DNA from: a virus
IMG/VR virus record: IMGVR_UViG_3300020473_000024
Coordinates: 21,012 to 85,011 of that record
Reading direction: 5' to 3' (one strand)
Length of the DNA: 64,000 nucleotides
The stretch's first letter is position 1; every line of letters starts with the position of its first letter. Made by a program: the position numbers and the translations under genes. Positions 10,245-20,480 of this stretch are shown in pieces. The notes below the pieces were generated by a model that saw only the letters and a list, made by a program, of their open reading frames with translations, had not been told where the DNA came from and did no database searches.

Positions 10245-10575
10245 CAGTGTTCTCCTTTGGTTCGCTCGGATCACTATCTCCACAGTTTATACAACAATAA
10301 CCTCTATTATATAAATGTCCACACTTCCTACATTGATTCGGGTCTGTGTATGCACAGCCTAATTGCGCGAGTTGATCCAATTCCGCAACAAGCTCACGCA
10401 AGGCGAGGATTTCTTTTAGGTCGTCAACGTTGTGCATATCACGAACCAAATCATAGTCATGTACCATAGGCTTTTGTCTTCCATCACCACAATAGTTTAA
10501 ATTGGGTGATTCGTTGCACCATTCATAAGCACCATCAATAATCTGGCGTAGTTGTTCATCACTAAATTTACCCAT
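10237..10575 (-). CDS. Hypothetical protein with C-terminal Zn-ribbon-like Cys pairs
   Basis: CRKC...CINC. Confidence 0.6.
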   Translation of the reverse strand: MGKFSDEQLRQIIDGAYEWCNESPNLNYCGDGRQKPMVHDYDLVRDMHNVDDLKEILALRELVAELDQLAQLGCAYTDPNQCRKCGHLYNRGYCCINCGDSDPSEPKENTDD

Positions 10576-10768
10576 CTTCTACTTCCTCCAGTTCAACACA
10601 GCTATGCTTAAAGAAAATGTCCCAATACCCATCTCTATCTTTACAGACAACACAACTTTCGTCAACCCCATCCACTTCCATATAACCAGAAGCTAAGTAG
10701 AAGGATTTACGATCCTCTATCACTTCAGTTGGAGTGAAGACGTGATTTTTAATGACAAGCTGTTGCAC
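10568..10768 (-). CDS. Hypothetical protein
   Basis: Overlapping start/stop with both neighbours. Confidence 0.55.
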   Translation of the reverse strand: MQQLVIKNHVFTPTEVIEDRKSFYLASGYMEVDGVDESCVVCKDRDGYWDIFFKHSCVELEEVEDG

Positions 10769-11052
10769 TACAGTGTTCCTTGCATACTAATCTCGGTAGA
10801 GTTTACGATACGTGCAAATGTAGCTTCATTCACCCACGTATTAAGTCGAGTGCCAGAGGGTGTTGTAAACACAATACTGTATTTCTTGCGATTCAAACCC
10901 ATAATAAGTAGTATAATACACGCTGGGTAGAACAGGATTACCCACAACCCCCAGTACACCCAATGAGGGTAGTGGTTGGAACTTTCAATCATGGCTACCT
11001 GTTGAGATAGATCCACTTCGTATGAATTATCATCTAAATCTTTAATTTGCAT
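10768..11052 (-). CDS. Hypothetical membrane protein
   Basis: AGGAGG RBS; hydrophobic WVYWGLWVILFYPACIILLIMG. Confidence 0.65.
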   Translation of the reverse strand: MQIKDLDDNSYEVDLSQQVAMIESSNHYPHWVYWGLWVILFYPACIILLIMGLNRKKYSIVFTTPSGTRLNTWVNEATFARIVNSTEISMQGTL

Positions 11053-11060
11053 AAGTCCTC

Positions 11061-11312
11061 CTAAAATTCTTCATCTTTTTCAGTGTACTTGCTCTCAACG
11101 TGTTTGTCAAGATACTCTGTAATTATTTTTGCTGACTCGCTATCCCCAAGCATAGCTCGAAGGAGGTGCTTGGATAAGTAGTCACTTTCCATAATCCGTT
11201 GCAGAAGAGGGATGCAAATATCCACCTCATCCATAACACCTTGGGAGGTGTTAGCCTCTCCATAGTTTAAAATATCAGATTTTATCTCCTTTAGCCGACT
11301 CATTGTTATCAC
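11061..11312 (-). CDS. Hypothetical protein
   Basis: Packed in operon. Confidence 0.55.
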   Translation of the reverse strand: MITMSRLKEIKSDILNYGEANTSQGVMDEVDICIPLLQRIMESDYLSKHLLRAMLGDSESAKIITEYLDKHVESKYTEKDEEF

Positions 11313-11538
11313 CTCGCTTCATAAATTCCTCCAATGTCTTAAAAGCTTTCTTCCTACTCGTATCCCTCGGCTGTCTCTTCCAAGCATTGTATTGTTCTAA
11401 TGTTACACCATTTTCTGAGGCATATTCCACAATATCATGCCACTGCTTTTGGGCTTCAACAGCGCCCCCATTATCAATGTGGAGGGAATATGTAGCCATC
11501 ATCCTCTGGATCTGTCTCATAACATGTGTGCTGTGCAT
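11275..11538 (-). CDS. Hypothetical protein
   Basis: AGGAGG RBS. Confidence 0.55.
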   Translation of the reverse strand: MHSTHVMRQIQRMMATYSLHIDNGGAVEAQKQWHDIVEYASENGVTLEQYNAWKRQPRDTSRKKAFKTLEEFMKRGDNNESAKGDKI

Positions 11539-12266
11539 TCATCCTCCTTCATCACCAAGCCATCTTTTAGTAACTGCTTCGCCAATGTTTTGTAAGTGTA
11601 TTTGTCAAGAACCTGAGTATTTGCATTTCGTAGAGAGTTTTCAATCTTCTCAAGCAACTCATCTTCTTCGGTGCGGAGTGGACGAAATGATTCAGCAAGC
11701 CCACTATCGTACTCCAGTTCTGAATAATCCTTATCTCGATATATAGCTCGACAAAGAGCCTCATCATGTCCGACAATAACAACAGGGGCACCTGTATTCT
11801 TGCACTCAACCGTCGCCCCAACAGGCGGCAACTCACCGCGATTAAACCAATCTCCGTCTGGTTCTTTCGGCTTGTATCGATGGTCGGTAATGCGGAAGAT
11901 TTTGACATCATCCCAACACCAATATCCTACTTCACGAGAACCACAAATTGCCCACCTATCAGTCGAGTAGCAAAACACCGCGACCACCAAGTAATCAGGC
12001 AAATCAGGCTCTTCGCCATTAACCTGATAGTCAACACCCCACTTATAGCCGTTGCACCACCCTAGCTCTTTGGCTACTTGTTCAAATTCGGTGCGGGTGC
12101 AAAAGGTATCACCGCGATTATAAGCTGAACTGGCTTTTTGCGTCCAGTTATATTTACCGCTGTCACTTTTCCATAGGAAATCAAACCCACGAATATCAAG
12201 ATCCGCGTTGCTAGCCAACCCCTTCAAATCCTCAACCGCCTTCTCAATCTTTTCTCGTTCAGTCAT
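11517..12266 (-). CDS. Hypothetical protein with W...GELPPVG...C module
   Basis: GGAGAACACA-ATG start; 249 aa. Confidence 0.7.
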   Translation of the reverse strand: MTEREKIEKAVEDLKGLASNADLDIRGFDFLWKSDSGKYNWTQKASSAYNRGDTFCTRTEFEQVAKELGWCNGYKWGVDYQVNGEEPDLPDYLVVAVFCYSTDRWAICGSREVGYWCWDDVKIFRITDHRYKPKEPDGDWFNRGELPPVGATVECKNTGAPVVIVGHDEALCRAIYRDKDYSELEYDSGLAESFRPLRTEEDELLEKIENSLRNANTQVLDKYTYKTLAKQLLKDGLVMKEDECTAHML

Positions 12267-12276
12267 TGTGTTCTCC

Positions 12277-12657
12277 TTATAACACCAATTTACTCATTTC
12301 TGAGACAATAAACCACTTAGGTGCTACTAAGATCTGTAACCACTCAATATTAGTGATAACAATAGTAAGTCCTAAACCTATCGCCACTGCCGAAGCAAGG
12401 TTAGCCCCTAGCATATCGTCTGAGCAGTATTCTTCATGCCAACCACCTTTCTTCCAACATTTCCGTAAAATAACTCCACCCACTATAAAGAAAGGGAGAG
12501 ATAAAAGGGATAGTAGCAAACTCTCTAGCATAAACCAAGTCATAGCTTGTTGCACAACGTCTGGGATCTGTTCAACAGCCATATCTCCTGCTTTTCCCAG
12601 TCCTTCGATGATCTTTGTTAAGAATTGGTTTAAAGCTTCTTGTAATTTTTCGTTCAT
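12277..12657 (-). CDS. Membrane protein (2 TM)
   Basis: AGGAGG RBS; two hydrophobic segments. Confidence 0.7.
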   Translation of the reverse strand: MNEKLQEALNQFLTKIIEGLGKAGDMAVEQIPDVVQQAMTWFMLESLLLSLLSLPFFIVGGVILRKCWKKGGWHEEYCSDDMLGANLASAVAIGLGLTIVITNIEWLQILVAPKWFIVSEMSKLVL

Positions 12658-12666
12658 AAGTCCTCC

Positions 12667-13113
12667 TTAAAAATGGTATTCAAACTCATCTTGTAGATCT
12701 TGGTTATAAAAATTAGTTAGATCGGATCTAACTTCATTAGGATCGTAGATAGGGAGAGGGTAATCTCCCTCTCCTGTCTGGAACTGTTTTAAGTAGTTTA
12801 CCATATTACAATATTGATCTTCGTTGGTTACAAACATCCTGCTGAAATCATCTCCCTCTCTTCCAGCATTTTGAATAGCCATAACGGGGATACCTTCGAA
12901 CCACACTGTAGCTAATATCCAAACCCGTCTACCATCGTAACAATGGTTTTTAATATAGCGAATCTCTACCTTTTTGTTAGGGTCTTCGTAAACTTCCCAC
13001 TCGTAAGGGTCAAAACTATCGGGAAGGTAGCTGTAGCCATGCCCCGTGAGTACGGTGAAGTGGTGATCAATCTCTTTAGGTGGCATCTCGTACAATTCGT
13101 TAAGTGTATTCAT
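12667..13113 (-). CDS. Hypothetical protein
   Basis: AGGAG RBS before MNTLNE; follows a promoter. Confidence 0.7.
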   Translation of the reverse strand: MNTLNELYEMPPKEIDHHFTVLTGHGYSYLPDSFDPYEWEVYEDPNKKVEIRYIKNHCYDGRRVWILATVWFEGIPVMAIQNAGREGDDFSRMFVTNEDQYCNMVNYLKQFQTGEGDYPLPIYDPNEVRSDLTNFYNQDLQDEFEYHF

Positions 13114-13160
13114 AACACAATCTCCTGTATAATAAATAATCAATATGTCAATTTGCAACA

Positions 13161-13188
13161 ATAATACCACACCCTCTCAGCCTGTCAA
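13161..13188 (-). promoter_or_regulatory. Sigma70-type promoter (leftward of divergent pair)
   Basis: TTGACA-16 nt-TATTAT with TGTGG before -10. Confidence 0.7.
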
Positions 13189-13211
13189 GTAAAATTTTAT
13201 AATAAATATTG

Positions 13212-13239
13212 TTGACAATGTTCTCCTAGTGAGTATTAT
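13212..13239 (+). promoter_or_regulatory. Sigma70-type promoter (rightward of divergent pair)
   Basis: TTGACA-16 nt-TATTAT, AT-rich UP region. Confidence 0.7.
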
Positions 13240-13269
13240 ATACCTCTCGATTGTGAGACAACTTAGGAG

Positions 13270-13521
13270 ATGTACATGACTGAACAAAAACTACAAACAA
13301 TTCTATTAGCTATCCAGTGTGTTGGAGAAGGGAAAGACTTACAAGAACATATCGAACAAGTATTGGACAAACACACTGATCCAGAAGATGTAGCTGAACT
13401 GATTAATTATGTAAAACCTAAACTAGAACAAAACTTACCATTTATGATCCATCATTACTGGTCTGTTGTTTACAACACAGCTGTTGTTTGGAGAATCGAA
13501 AACTCCTCAAACCAATTCTAA
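13270..13521 (+). CDS. Hypothetical protein
   Basis: AGGAG RBS. Confidence 0.6.
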   Translation: MYMTEQKLQTILLAIQCVGEGKDLQEHIEQVLDKHTDPEDVAELINYVKPKLEQNLPFMIHHYWSVVYNTAVVWRIENSSNQF

Positions 13522-13673
13522 GACGTTTTCTCCCCTCACCCTAAGCCAACACACAGGGTGGGGGTGGATATCCTCACCACAAGCTTGTTTAACACCTTAA
13601 AATTAACTTAATGGTGTTCTGTTTGGGTAGAAAAACAAAACTAGATCCAGACAGAAAAATTATTAGAAAAAGA

Positions 13674-13806
13674 TCTTGACATAAGGATCATTTTCTGATA
13701 CCCTATTAATTATATATTATATATATATATATATATTAGATCTTTCTTTTTCTTTTATTTATTTTCTTTTTGGTACTTTTTCTTTGTTTGTTTTTCTTTT
13801 TCTTTC
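13674..13806 (+). other. Promoter plus (AT)n tract plus T-rich stretch, candidate origin/DUE
   Basis: TCTTGACA...TGATACCCTAT, then a TATATATA run, AGATCT and a poly-T-rich strand. Confidence 0.35.
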
Positions 13807-13817
13807 TAGGAGGATTT

Positions 13818-14165
13818 ATGAGTAATATTTTAAAGGCTATCTACCCACCTTTGTTGATAGCTACATTTTTCTTAGTGATGTCTTGTTTTCACTTAATATT
13901 CCTGTTTGGTTATTTTGTGATGGTGCTTGACATCTCTGCTAGATCTAAAGAATACACCTACTTGACAAGGACAGGTGATGTACGCTATGCTAAAAGAAAG
14001 ATGAGAGCCAGCTGGTGTGGTAGAACAGCGGCAGTAGCGGCTATTCCAGAGATGCGTGAGTGGTATTATCAGAAGGGTTATCGGTGGTGGCACATCCTCC
14101 CTGAAGGATTCCCTTTGGTGTTCCTAAAACCAGCTTTCTGGAAAACTGTGATTGGGATTAAGTAG
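13818..14165 (+). CDS. Membrane protein
   Basis: AGGAGG RBS before MSNIL; hydrophobic N-terminus. Confidence 0.65.
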   Translation: MSNILKAIYPPLLIATFFLVMSCFHLIFLFGYFVMVLDISARSKEYTYLTRTGDVRYAKRKMRASWCGRTAAVAAIPEMREWYYQKGYRWWHILPEGFPLVFLKPAFWKTVIGIK

Positions 14166-14176
14166 GAGATATAATT

Positions 14177-14947
14177 ATGCAATATAGTGGTATAAAAATT
14201 CATGTACCAACACCAGAAATCAGCGAGTTGGTGCAACAGAAGTTGTTTGAGGAAGGGTGTCGGTGGTACACTGGAGGCGGTGTGAAACATACTTGCTCAC
14301 ATTATCTAATTGTTGATAGTTCTTACACCATCTTTCATTGTGGTGATGACAGGGAGTTTTTTCTTAATAAATCAGAAGAAAAGCAAGTACACTACCTTCA
14401 AGTGTTGACAGGAGATGACGCTGGAGAATTGTTTACCTATGTAGGTGAGGGTAGGGTTTACTATTATCTAGGCGACTATGCTTATTGGGTAGGTGGAGGA
14501 GAACTTAGAAACACTCACTGGGGCGGCATCCATCGTTTCAGTCAGGTAGAGGCATATCTAATAGATGTTAACGAAAACAGAATAACTGAGGAGGATAGTT
14601 GTATGGGAAGTGAGGTTAATGAAATGCCTGAATTAGAGGCTGGTAAACATGTTGTTAAAATTAGATATAGTTACGAAGATGACGGTAGATTTTACTTGGT
14701 ATTAGAGAACAAAATGGGACAACTTTATGGTAAAGTAATTAATTCTCAGGAGGACTGGACAAGTAATCTTTTTGGTAATGGTTTAATTCTAGAAGTTCAT
14801 TCACTGCCCTTATCAGGCTATAATTCTTTCAAGCCAAACAGTTATAACGAATCCACCCTAATCTGGCAACGAAATCCTAATGCAAAGCGTAAGGCTGAGA
14901 TTGAGAAACAGATCGAGGAATTACAGAAAGAATTGGAGAGTTTATGA
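14177..14947 (+). CDS. Hypothetical protein
   Basis: AGGAG RBS; 256 aa. Confidence 0.65.
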   Translation: MQYSGIKIHVPTPEISELVQQKLFEEGCRWYTGGGVKHTCSHYLIVDSSYTIFHCGDDREFFLNKSEEKQVHYLQVLTGDDAGELFTYVGEGRVYYYLGDYAYWVGGGELRNTHWGGIHRFSQVEAYLIDVNENRITEEDSCMGSEVNEMPELEAGKHVVKIRYSYEDDGRFYLVLENKMGQLYGKVINSQEDWTSNLFGNGLILEVHSLPLSGYNSFKPNSYNESTLIWQRNPNAKRKAEIEKQIEELQKELESL

Positions 14948-16611
14948 GTGAGTTGATTAATCCTTTCGAGTACCCACCTACAGCACAACAAATCGATTGT
15001 GTTAATAAGGTGCTGGGTAATCGAGTGGTAAAAATAGACGCGATCGCTGGTTCTGGAAAAACTAGCTCCCTTGAGTTGGTTGCTCATAACTTAAAACAAA
15101 AGAGTCTCTACCTTACATTCTCCAAAGTTTTGGTTGAAGAGGCTAAAGATAGATTCCCACCTTGGGTGGAGTGCCGTACTATTCACTCTTTAGCTTTTCG
15201 GGCTGAGGGGAGGTTCTATTCTCATAAGCTTAATCGTCCTGACGGGAAGTATAAAAATGTTGCCGCTACAGGCAAGGAGATTGCTGATTTCTTTAAAATG
15301 CGCCCTGTCATGGTGGAAGAAGGGATCATTCTGAGCACAGCGTGGTTAGGTCTTATGGTGAAAAAGACTCTTGCTAAATATGAAGCGAGTGCTGATGAGT
15401 ACATCTTAGATAAACACCTCCCTAAAAAGGATATTCAGGATAAGCTCAATACAGTGAAAGCGAAGGTTAAAAATAAAGAGAGTTTGGATATCTTTACAAA
15501 GATACATGACGGTATTTTGAAGTATGCTGGACAGTTATGGGAGGAGCGTATAAATCCTGATAGTGACGTGCTTATCACGCATGACACTTACGTTAAGATG
15601 TTTGCTCTAACACAACCTTATCTAGATTATGATGTTATTTACATTGATGAGGCTCAGGATGTGTCTGAGGTTATGCTGTCTATCGTCAAGAATCAAGATC
15701 ATGCTAAACTGGTCTTTGTAGGAGATAGAGACCAGAACATCTACTCTTGGAGGCATAGTATTAATGCTATGGCTGAAGTGGATTGTGTTCATGGGGAACT
15801 CACACAGTCATTCCGATATGGCAAAGAACTTGCTGATATTGCCAGTAAAATTCTCGGTGGTAGAGAAGTGAAAGGGTTTGATAAGGTAGACACTAAAGTT
15901 GATTTTAGTGGCTTGATTAAGAACGATAAGTACACCAAAATCTTTAGAACCAATGGTGCTCTTCTATCTTCGGCTCTAAAGCTAATCCAAGAAGGAAAGC
16001 GTTTGAACATAGAAACAGACCTCGGTGAGTTTATCGTTATGTTGAAGTCGGCTAAGGCTTTATTCAAAGGAAAGCTCAATCAAGTTAAACATGAGGAGAT
16101 CCTGCCTTATTTGAGCTGGGCTGAGTTTGTAGAAGAGGCTGAAAATGATCCCTCGCTAGAGCGTATTGCGTCTATTGTTGAAGCCAACAAAGCAGACCAC
16201 TACTTAGCTGTCCTCCGTAAACATAAGAATGTCACAAATCCTGACATTATTTTTGTAACAGCGCACAAAGCAAAAGGGCGAGAGTTTTCCAACGTCATAC
16301 TAGCAGAAGATTTTAACGATGGGTATGAGGATGGTGTTTATAAGGGCTTATCTGAGGAAGAGAAACGTCTACTCTACGTAGCGGCAACACGCGCCATTGA
16401 TAATCTTGAGTACAATGAAGCTGTGGCTAACATCATAGCTGGTATTGAGACAGAGGCTAGTAAAATGTCTCATAATACGCTTCCCGTAGGTATTACAGTA
16501 ACGCCAGTGAGTAATTATGACTGGAATCCTTTTAAACTACCTCATCCTAAGGGTGAGATGGCTCAGGATGCTATGGAGAGAGCTTTTTCGGAAGAAGAAT
16601 CATTTTTATAA
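14944..16611 (+). CDS. SF1 (UvrD/Rep-like) DNA helicase
   Basis: AIAGSGKT, YIDEAQD, VGDRDQNIY, SFR, TAHKAKGREF, LLYVAATRA. Confidence 0.9.
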   Translation: MSELINPFEYPPTAQQIDCVNKVLGNRVVKIDAIAGSGKTSSLELVAHNLKQKSLYLTFSKVLVEEAKDRFPPWVECRTIHSLAFRAEGRFYSHKLNRPDGKYKNVAATGKEIADFFKMRPVMVEEGIILSTAWLGLMVKKTLAKYEASADEYILDKHLPKKDIQDKLNTVKAKVKNKESLDIFTKIHDGILKYAGQLWEERINPDSDVLITHDTYVKMFALTQPYLDYDVIYIDEAQDVSEVMLSIVKNQDHAKLVFVGDRDQNIYSWRHSINAMAEVDCVHGELTQSFRYGKELADIASKILGGREVKGFDKVDTKVDFSGLIKNDKYTKIFRTNGALLSSALKLIQEGKRLNIETDLGEFIVMLKSAKALFKGKLNQVKHEEILPYLSWAEFVEEAENDPSLERIASIVEANKADHYLAVLRKHKNVTNPDIIFVTAHKAKGREFSNVILAEDFNDGYEDGVYKGLSEEEKRLLYVAATRAIDNLEYNEAVANIIAGIETEASKMSHNTLPVGITVTPVSNYDWNPFKLPHPKGEMAQDAMERAFSEEESFL

Positions 16612-16640
16612 CCCTGCACATAATCTTAGGTAGGTGTTTT

Positions 16641-16841
16641 ATGAAAATTATAGATGTTCTTTTAGCTGTGTTCTTTGGTCTTGATGGTGCAGAAGATGTG
16701 GTAACTGCATTGGAATCAGATCCAACCACTGCTTTCATTGATAATAATGTTAATTTATGTGAAAATATTCAAATAGATCTTGACACCGAGTGTTTGTTTG
16801 AATATGATAACTACTCTATTAACTGTGAGGAGGAATTATGA
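16641..16841 (+). CDS. Small acidic hypothetical protein with hydrophobic N-terminus
   Basis: AGGTG RBS. Confidence 0.5.
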   Translation: MKIIDVLLAVFFGLDGAEDVVTALESDPTTAFIDNNVNLCENIQIDLDTECLFEYDNYSINCEEEL

Positions 16842-17287
16842 GCGATAATACAATTATGTTAATTTTTATAGGGATTTGGGCTGTTAACTTCCTAATCCCT
16901 ACTCTAGTGTTTTTAGGAGAAGCTTGGATCAGTTACACTTTCCGAAAAGAAAAAGGAGATCTGTTTACTAAGATCCAGAAATTAAAATATAACTTTGTGA
17001 GACCGAGGTTTTTTGATAAAGGGGATGCAGGGTTTAGCTGGTTTTTGTTTGACGGAGTTCTAGGCGTTATCTTAATGGCGTTTGCAGGGGGTATTACAGC
17101 AAAAGCTGGTTTCGGATGGATTCTTGTGATAGTTATGCTTGTTGGTATTATCTATATCCCACGCTTTTTGGTTGACATCACTAAATCTCTTGCCTATAAT
17201 CGTAAGACAGGCGAGGCTGAACGCCTAGACAAGTTACAGAAAGAGATTGAAGAAATTAAGGCTCGACAAAATGAACGGAGTTATTAA
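16838..17287 (+). CDS. Membrane protein (3 TM)
   Basis: GAGGAGG RBS; three hydrophobic segments, coiled-coil tail. Confidence 0.7.
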   Translation: MSDNTIMLIFIGIWAVNFLIPTLVFLGEAWISYTFRKEKGDLFTKIQKLKYNFVRPRFFDKGDAGFSWFLFDGVLGVILMAFAGGITAKAGFGWILVIVMLVGIIYIPRFLVDITKSLAYNRKTGEAERLDKLQKEIEEIKARQNERSY

Positions 17288-17427
17288 AACTAGTTTAGCA
17301 TTTCTTGGAGGAGCTGTTGTGATATACAGCTTCTATTTATTCTTTAAAATTGTATTGCCTTTCTTACTAATCACTGGTACAGTGGGGTTGATTGGCTACA
17401 CGTATTTCAAATACTGGAGGAAATAAT

Positions 17428-18738
17428 ATGGAACTTAAGATGGGAGATTTTATTCGTACATACAAGAAGAGTTACGAAGAAGTGGAGAGCTTCTGGAAAG
17501 CTATTCAAGAAGCTGGTTGTGAGCGAGGTGAAGGGATGGAAGAACTTGAATACTTCGATGATTATGGAGACATCCTCGTATGGGATGACGATAATACAAC
17601 CTATTTTATTGATCAAGACTGTAGAACAGGTCATCGTTATCGTGATGTAACAGATGAGTTCTTTTCAGAAGAAAATACCACCAACTCTGACCATGAGGAC
17701 ATGCGTGTAGTGGTTTACTACACAGATGGGTCTAGCTACACTAACAAGCAAGTGGAAGAGGTAGACGTAGACCAGAGTAAGATGTTTATTAAAATCGCTC
17801 CTCAGGGATCTCTTCTAAGCACTGAGAAACTAGAGGCTGGTGTACAGCTACACAAAAGCATTCAAGAGCTGAGTAAGACTGTTGAGATTGACTTAGAACA
17901 TGTTGCTGGTTACTGCGTTATGCGTAAGAAGAGTAAAAATGACATGTGGGCTAAATCCTTCTTTCCATTAAAACCTACTTTCAGTGTAGAGGCTAGTGTA
18001 TCTGGTTTGAAAGAGAATAAAGACAAACCTTATATGTTCACTGGGCTTAACAGTGTTTTAGGATTTCCTAAACACGAGCTTCAAGTAATTGGTTCTGGTG
18101 GAGAAGGGAAGAGTCTTATTGATGAAGCCCTTCTATTAGAAGGTGTGGCTTTCCAAACTTTGATGGATTTAATCAGCAACCCTTCCAATTCTACGGGAGC
18201 TGGATCTGGATTTAGCCCTAACCTTACGTTAGATAACTATGTTCCAAAGGAAGAGGACATTGTTATTAACGATAAGCTAACTATGGTTGAATATAAAAAG
18301 TGGTGGAAGGTTTGCTTGGATAACGGGTTCACACCAATGTTTAATGAAATCCCTTCTACTAAGAAAAAGTTTGAGGTTACTTGCCTGAGAGGAGGTAAGA
18401 TCATGAGTTCAGAGATGAGATATCATACCACCCATCGTGATGTAACACATCTGTTTACAGGGGATTCTGGAGAGGTAGGCACAGATGAAGGTGTAAAAGC
18501 AACAGCTGGTTACACTTTGGCTGATGGCTCAGATAGTGGTGAGTATTATATCGGTGATAAGTTTATTGTCATTGATTCCAGCACCTTCAGCCTACAAAGT
18601 GTTGTCTCTTTATATGGAGATGATAGATCTAGTTGTCCTTTATTCAAACTAGAGGAAGGTCATACAGACCACGACTGTTGTAATGGAGATTTAGGGGCTT
18701 ATGAAGCATGGGAAAACCTAATCCCTCTCACAAAGTAA
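17428..18738 (+). CDS. Multi-module hypothetical protein
   Basis: GGAGG RBS before MELKM; long ORF. Confidence 0.7.
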   Translation: MELKMGDFIRTYKKSYEEVESFWKAIQEAGCERGEGMEELEYFDDYGDILVWDDDNTTYFIDQDCRTGHRYRDVTDEFFSEENTTNSDHEDMRVVVYYTDGSSYTNKQVEEVDVDQSKMFIKIAPQGSLLSTEKLEAGVQLHKSIQELSKTVEIDLEHVAGYCVMRKKSKNDMWAKSFFPLKPTFSVEASVSGLKENKDKPYMFTGLNSVLGFPKHELQVIGSGGEGKSLIDEALLLEGVAFQTLMDLISNPSNSTGAGSGFSPNLTLDNYVPKEEDIVINDKLTMVEYKKWWKVCLDNGFTPMFNEIPSTKKKFEVTCLRGGKIMSSEMRYHTTHRDVTHLFTGDSGEVGTDEGVKATAGYTLADGSDSGEYYIGDKFIVIDSSTFSLQSVVSLYGDDRSSCPLFKLEEGHTDHDCCNGDLGAYEAWENLIPLTK

Positions 18739-18754
18739 ATAAGATCTAAATAAT

Positions 18755-18788
18755 AAGCTCATGTCTCTTGACATGGGCTTTTTCTTTA
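18755..18788 (+). terminator. Rho-independent terminator
   Basis: AAGCTCATGTC-TCTT-GACATGGGCTT followed by a T run. Confidence 0.7.
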
Positions 18789-18913
18789 TGTATGCTTTGT
18801 GTATATTAATCATCTAGGAGAATACAATGATACAATTTAGTAAAAGATTTTTACCATCTGAAGATATGTTTGTCAAACAGAGTGTTGGGATTAAATAATC
18901 AGAGGAATAAACT

Positions 18914-19387
18914 ATGAAAGAATATAGTTATGAGATGAGTAAGTATTTACCTGACGATTGTATTATTCGAGCATATTATTCGTCACAGATTAATACGAAT
19001 AAAAAGATAGGAAAGGCTAAAGACTTAGTACGTTGCGGATTAACTTCGTTCAAGATAGTAGATGACAGATTCTCCAACTATAGCAGAGATACAGGTGAAT
19101 CTTGGTATGACAACTTTGAAAAACCTCCTGTCGGGGAAATCTGTGAAGCGTATGTTGATGATGAATGGCAACAGGTTAAAATCATCCAGCACGATGGTGA
19201 GAATGTTGTATTCTCAGTTGACGGTAGAGATGGTGTTGAGTACAGAACATTGGGTTCATTGTTGTTATATCGTCCTGAATCTAAGGATCTATTTACAAGT
19301 TTGCACGATATGTTGGGACAAGAAGGTGTTGAAAATGTGGACATATTGGCTAACAAGATCAACAAGTTGGTCAAGCGGTATTATTAA
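18914..19387 (+). CDS. Hypothetical protein with W...PPVG...CE module
   Basis: GAGGA RBS; motif shared with 11517..12266. Confidence 0.65.
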   Translation: MKEYSYEMSKYLPDDCIIRAYYSSQINTNKKIGKAKDLVRCGLTSFKIVDDRFSNYSRDTGESWYDNFEKPPVGEICEAYVDDEWQQVKIIQHDGENVVFSVDGRDGVEYRTLGSLLLYRPESKDLFTSLHDMLGQEGVENVDILANKINKLVKRYY

Positions 19388-19419
19388 GGAAAAATTACTC
19401 TAACTGTGGGAGGTAGTAT

Positions 19420-19641
19420 ATGACTAAAGTGATCAAAGTAGACTTTTTAAACAAATGTAGAGAAGGAGAATATGAGTATTCCCGTTATCTCTGCCACGTA
19501 TGTGACAATCGCTATGAATATGACAGTCGTACCGACAAACCAGAGGATAAGATGCCCTACGTTAAGGTGCAACTACCTAAGCTGGGTAAGACAGTTAATA
19601 TTTGTAAGTGCTGTGCTAACACACTCCACAGTTTATTCTAA
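19420..19641 (+). CDS. Small Zn-finger-like protein
   Basis: CHVC...CKCC; GGAGG RBS. Confidence 0.6.
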   Translation: MTKVIKVDFLNKCREGEYEYSRYLCHVCDNRYEYDSRTDKPEDKMPYVKVQLPKLGKTVNICKCCANTLHSLF

Positions 19642-19652
19642 CATCCTTTTAC

Positions 19653-19684
19653 AAAGCCCTCTGAATTATCCAAGAGGGCTTTTT
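19653..19684 (+). terminator. Rho-independent terminator
   Basis: AAAGCCCTCT...AGAGGGCTTTTT. Confidence 0.7.
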
Positions 19685-19786
19685 AGATCCAATTCGATTT
19701 CTCATTTCAAATAACCTCAAAAATATATAGAAATTTTAGATCTAAACGGTTTTTTCATTTCAAAAAATTTCAAATTTTTATAGAAT
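19681..19786 (+). repeat. Imperfect direct repeat, 2 copies, period about 53 bp
   Basis: TTTTAGATC...TCATTTCAAA...TCAAA...TATAGAA starting at 19681 and 19734. Confidence 0.6.
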
Positions 19787-20135
19787 TTTCGCATCATTTG
19801 GTAAAAATGATCGAGGGGGGAGAGGGTGTAATGTTATAATGTAACGATCTAGAAATTACAGGCAGGGGTGGTGTTTATCTTCTACGGGATTCAGTAGCCT
19901 TAACCTTCTATAAACAATTATAGAAAACATGGAACACAAAAGCAAGCCCTTTTTAAAATAAATTTTAAATTATTTTTGGTACAATAATTGCTACGCATAC
20001 GCGCGTTAAACAAAGGGTATATATATTCCTAAAAGGAATATGTTTATAACAAATAAAATTAAAATTATTGCTTGATCTTTTCTGTGGGGTTGCTATTCTT
20101 TCGGACGTGTTCAACAAAACGTGAATAGGTGACTT

Positions 20136-20444
20136 ATGAAAACACACAAGAATAAGCAAGGCTTCACAGTTGTATCAGACGGACGTAGCAAGAGAGCAGG
20201 ACGACCCCCTACAAAGTCTGAAGCGGCTTTACGCCACGTTAAGAAAATGTACGCTAACAAAGAATTTACAAGTGAAGATTTTATAAAGTCTTACCGCTTG
20301 CAACTACAGCAAGGGAAGACGCCTATTAATGTTCAAGCAGGAATGCTACTACGTAGCCTTGCCAAACGTGGGGATCTTGTCTGTCTAGGTATTAAAGAAA
20401 CAACTAAACGCGGTAACAATCCAAAAATCTATAAATTAACTTAA
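20136..20444 (+). CDS. Basic putative DNA-binding protein
   Basis: KRAGRPP; wHTH-like LRSLAKRGDL; AGGTGA RBS. Confidence 0.6.
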   Translation: MKTHKNKQGFTVVSDGRSKRAGRPPTKSEAALRHVKKMYANKEFTSEDFIKSYRLQLQQGKTPINVQAGMLLRSLAKRGDLVCLGIKETTKRGNNPKIYKLT

Positions 20445-20451
20445 TTGTAGG

Positions 20452-20480
20452 TTGACAGCATAACGTTGTATCGCTACGCT
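20452..20480 (+). promoter_or_regulatory. Sigma70-type early promoter
   Basis: TTGACA-17 nt-TACGCT. Confidence 0.55.
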
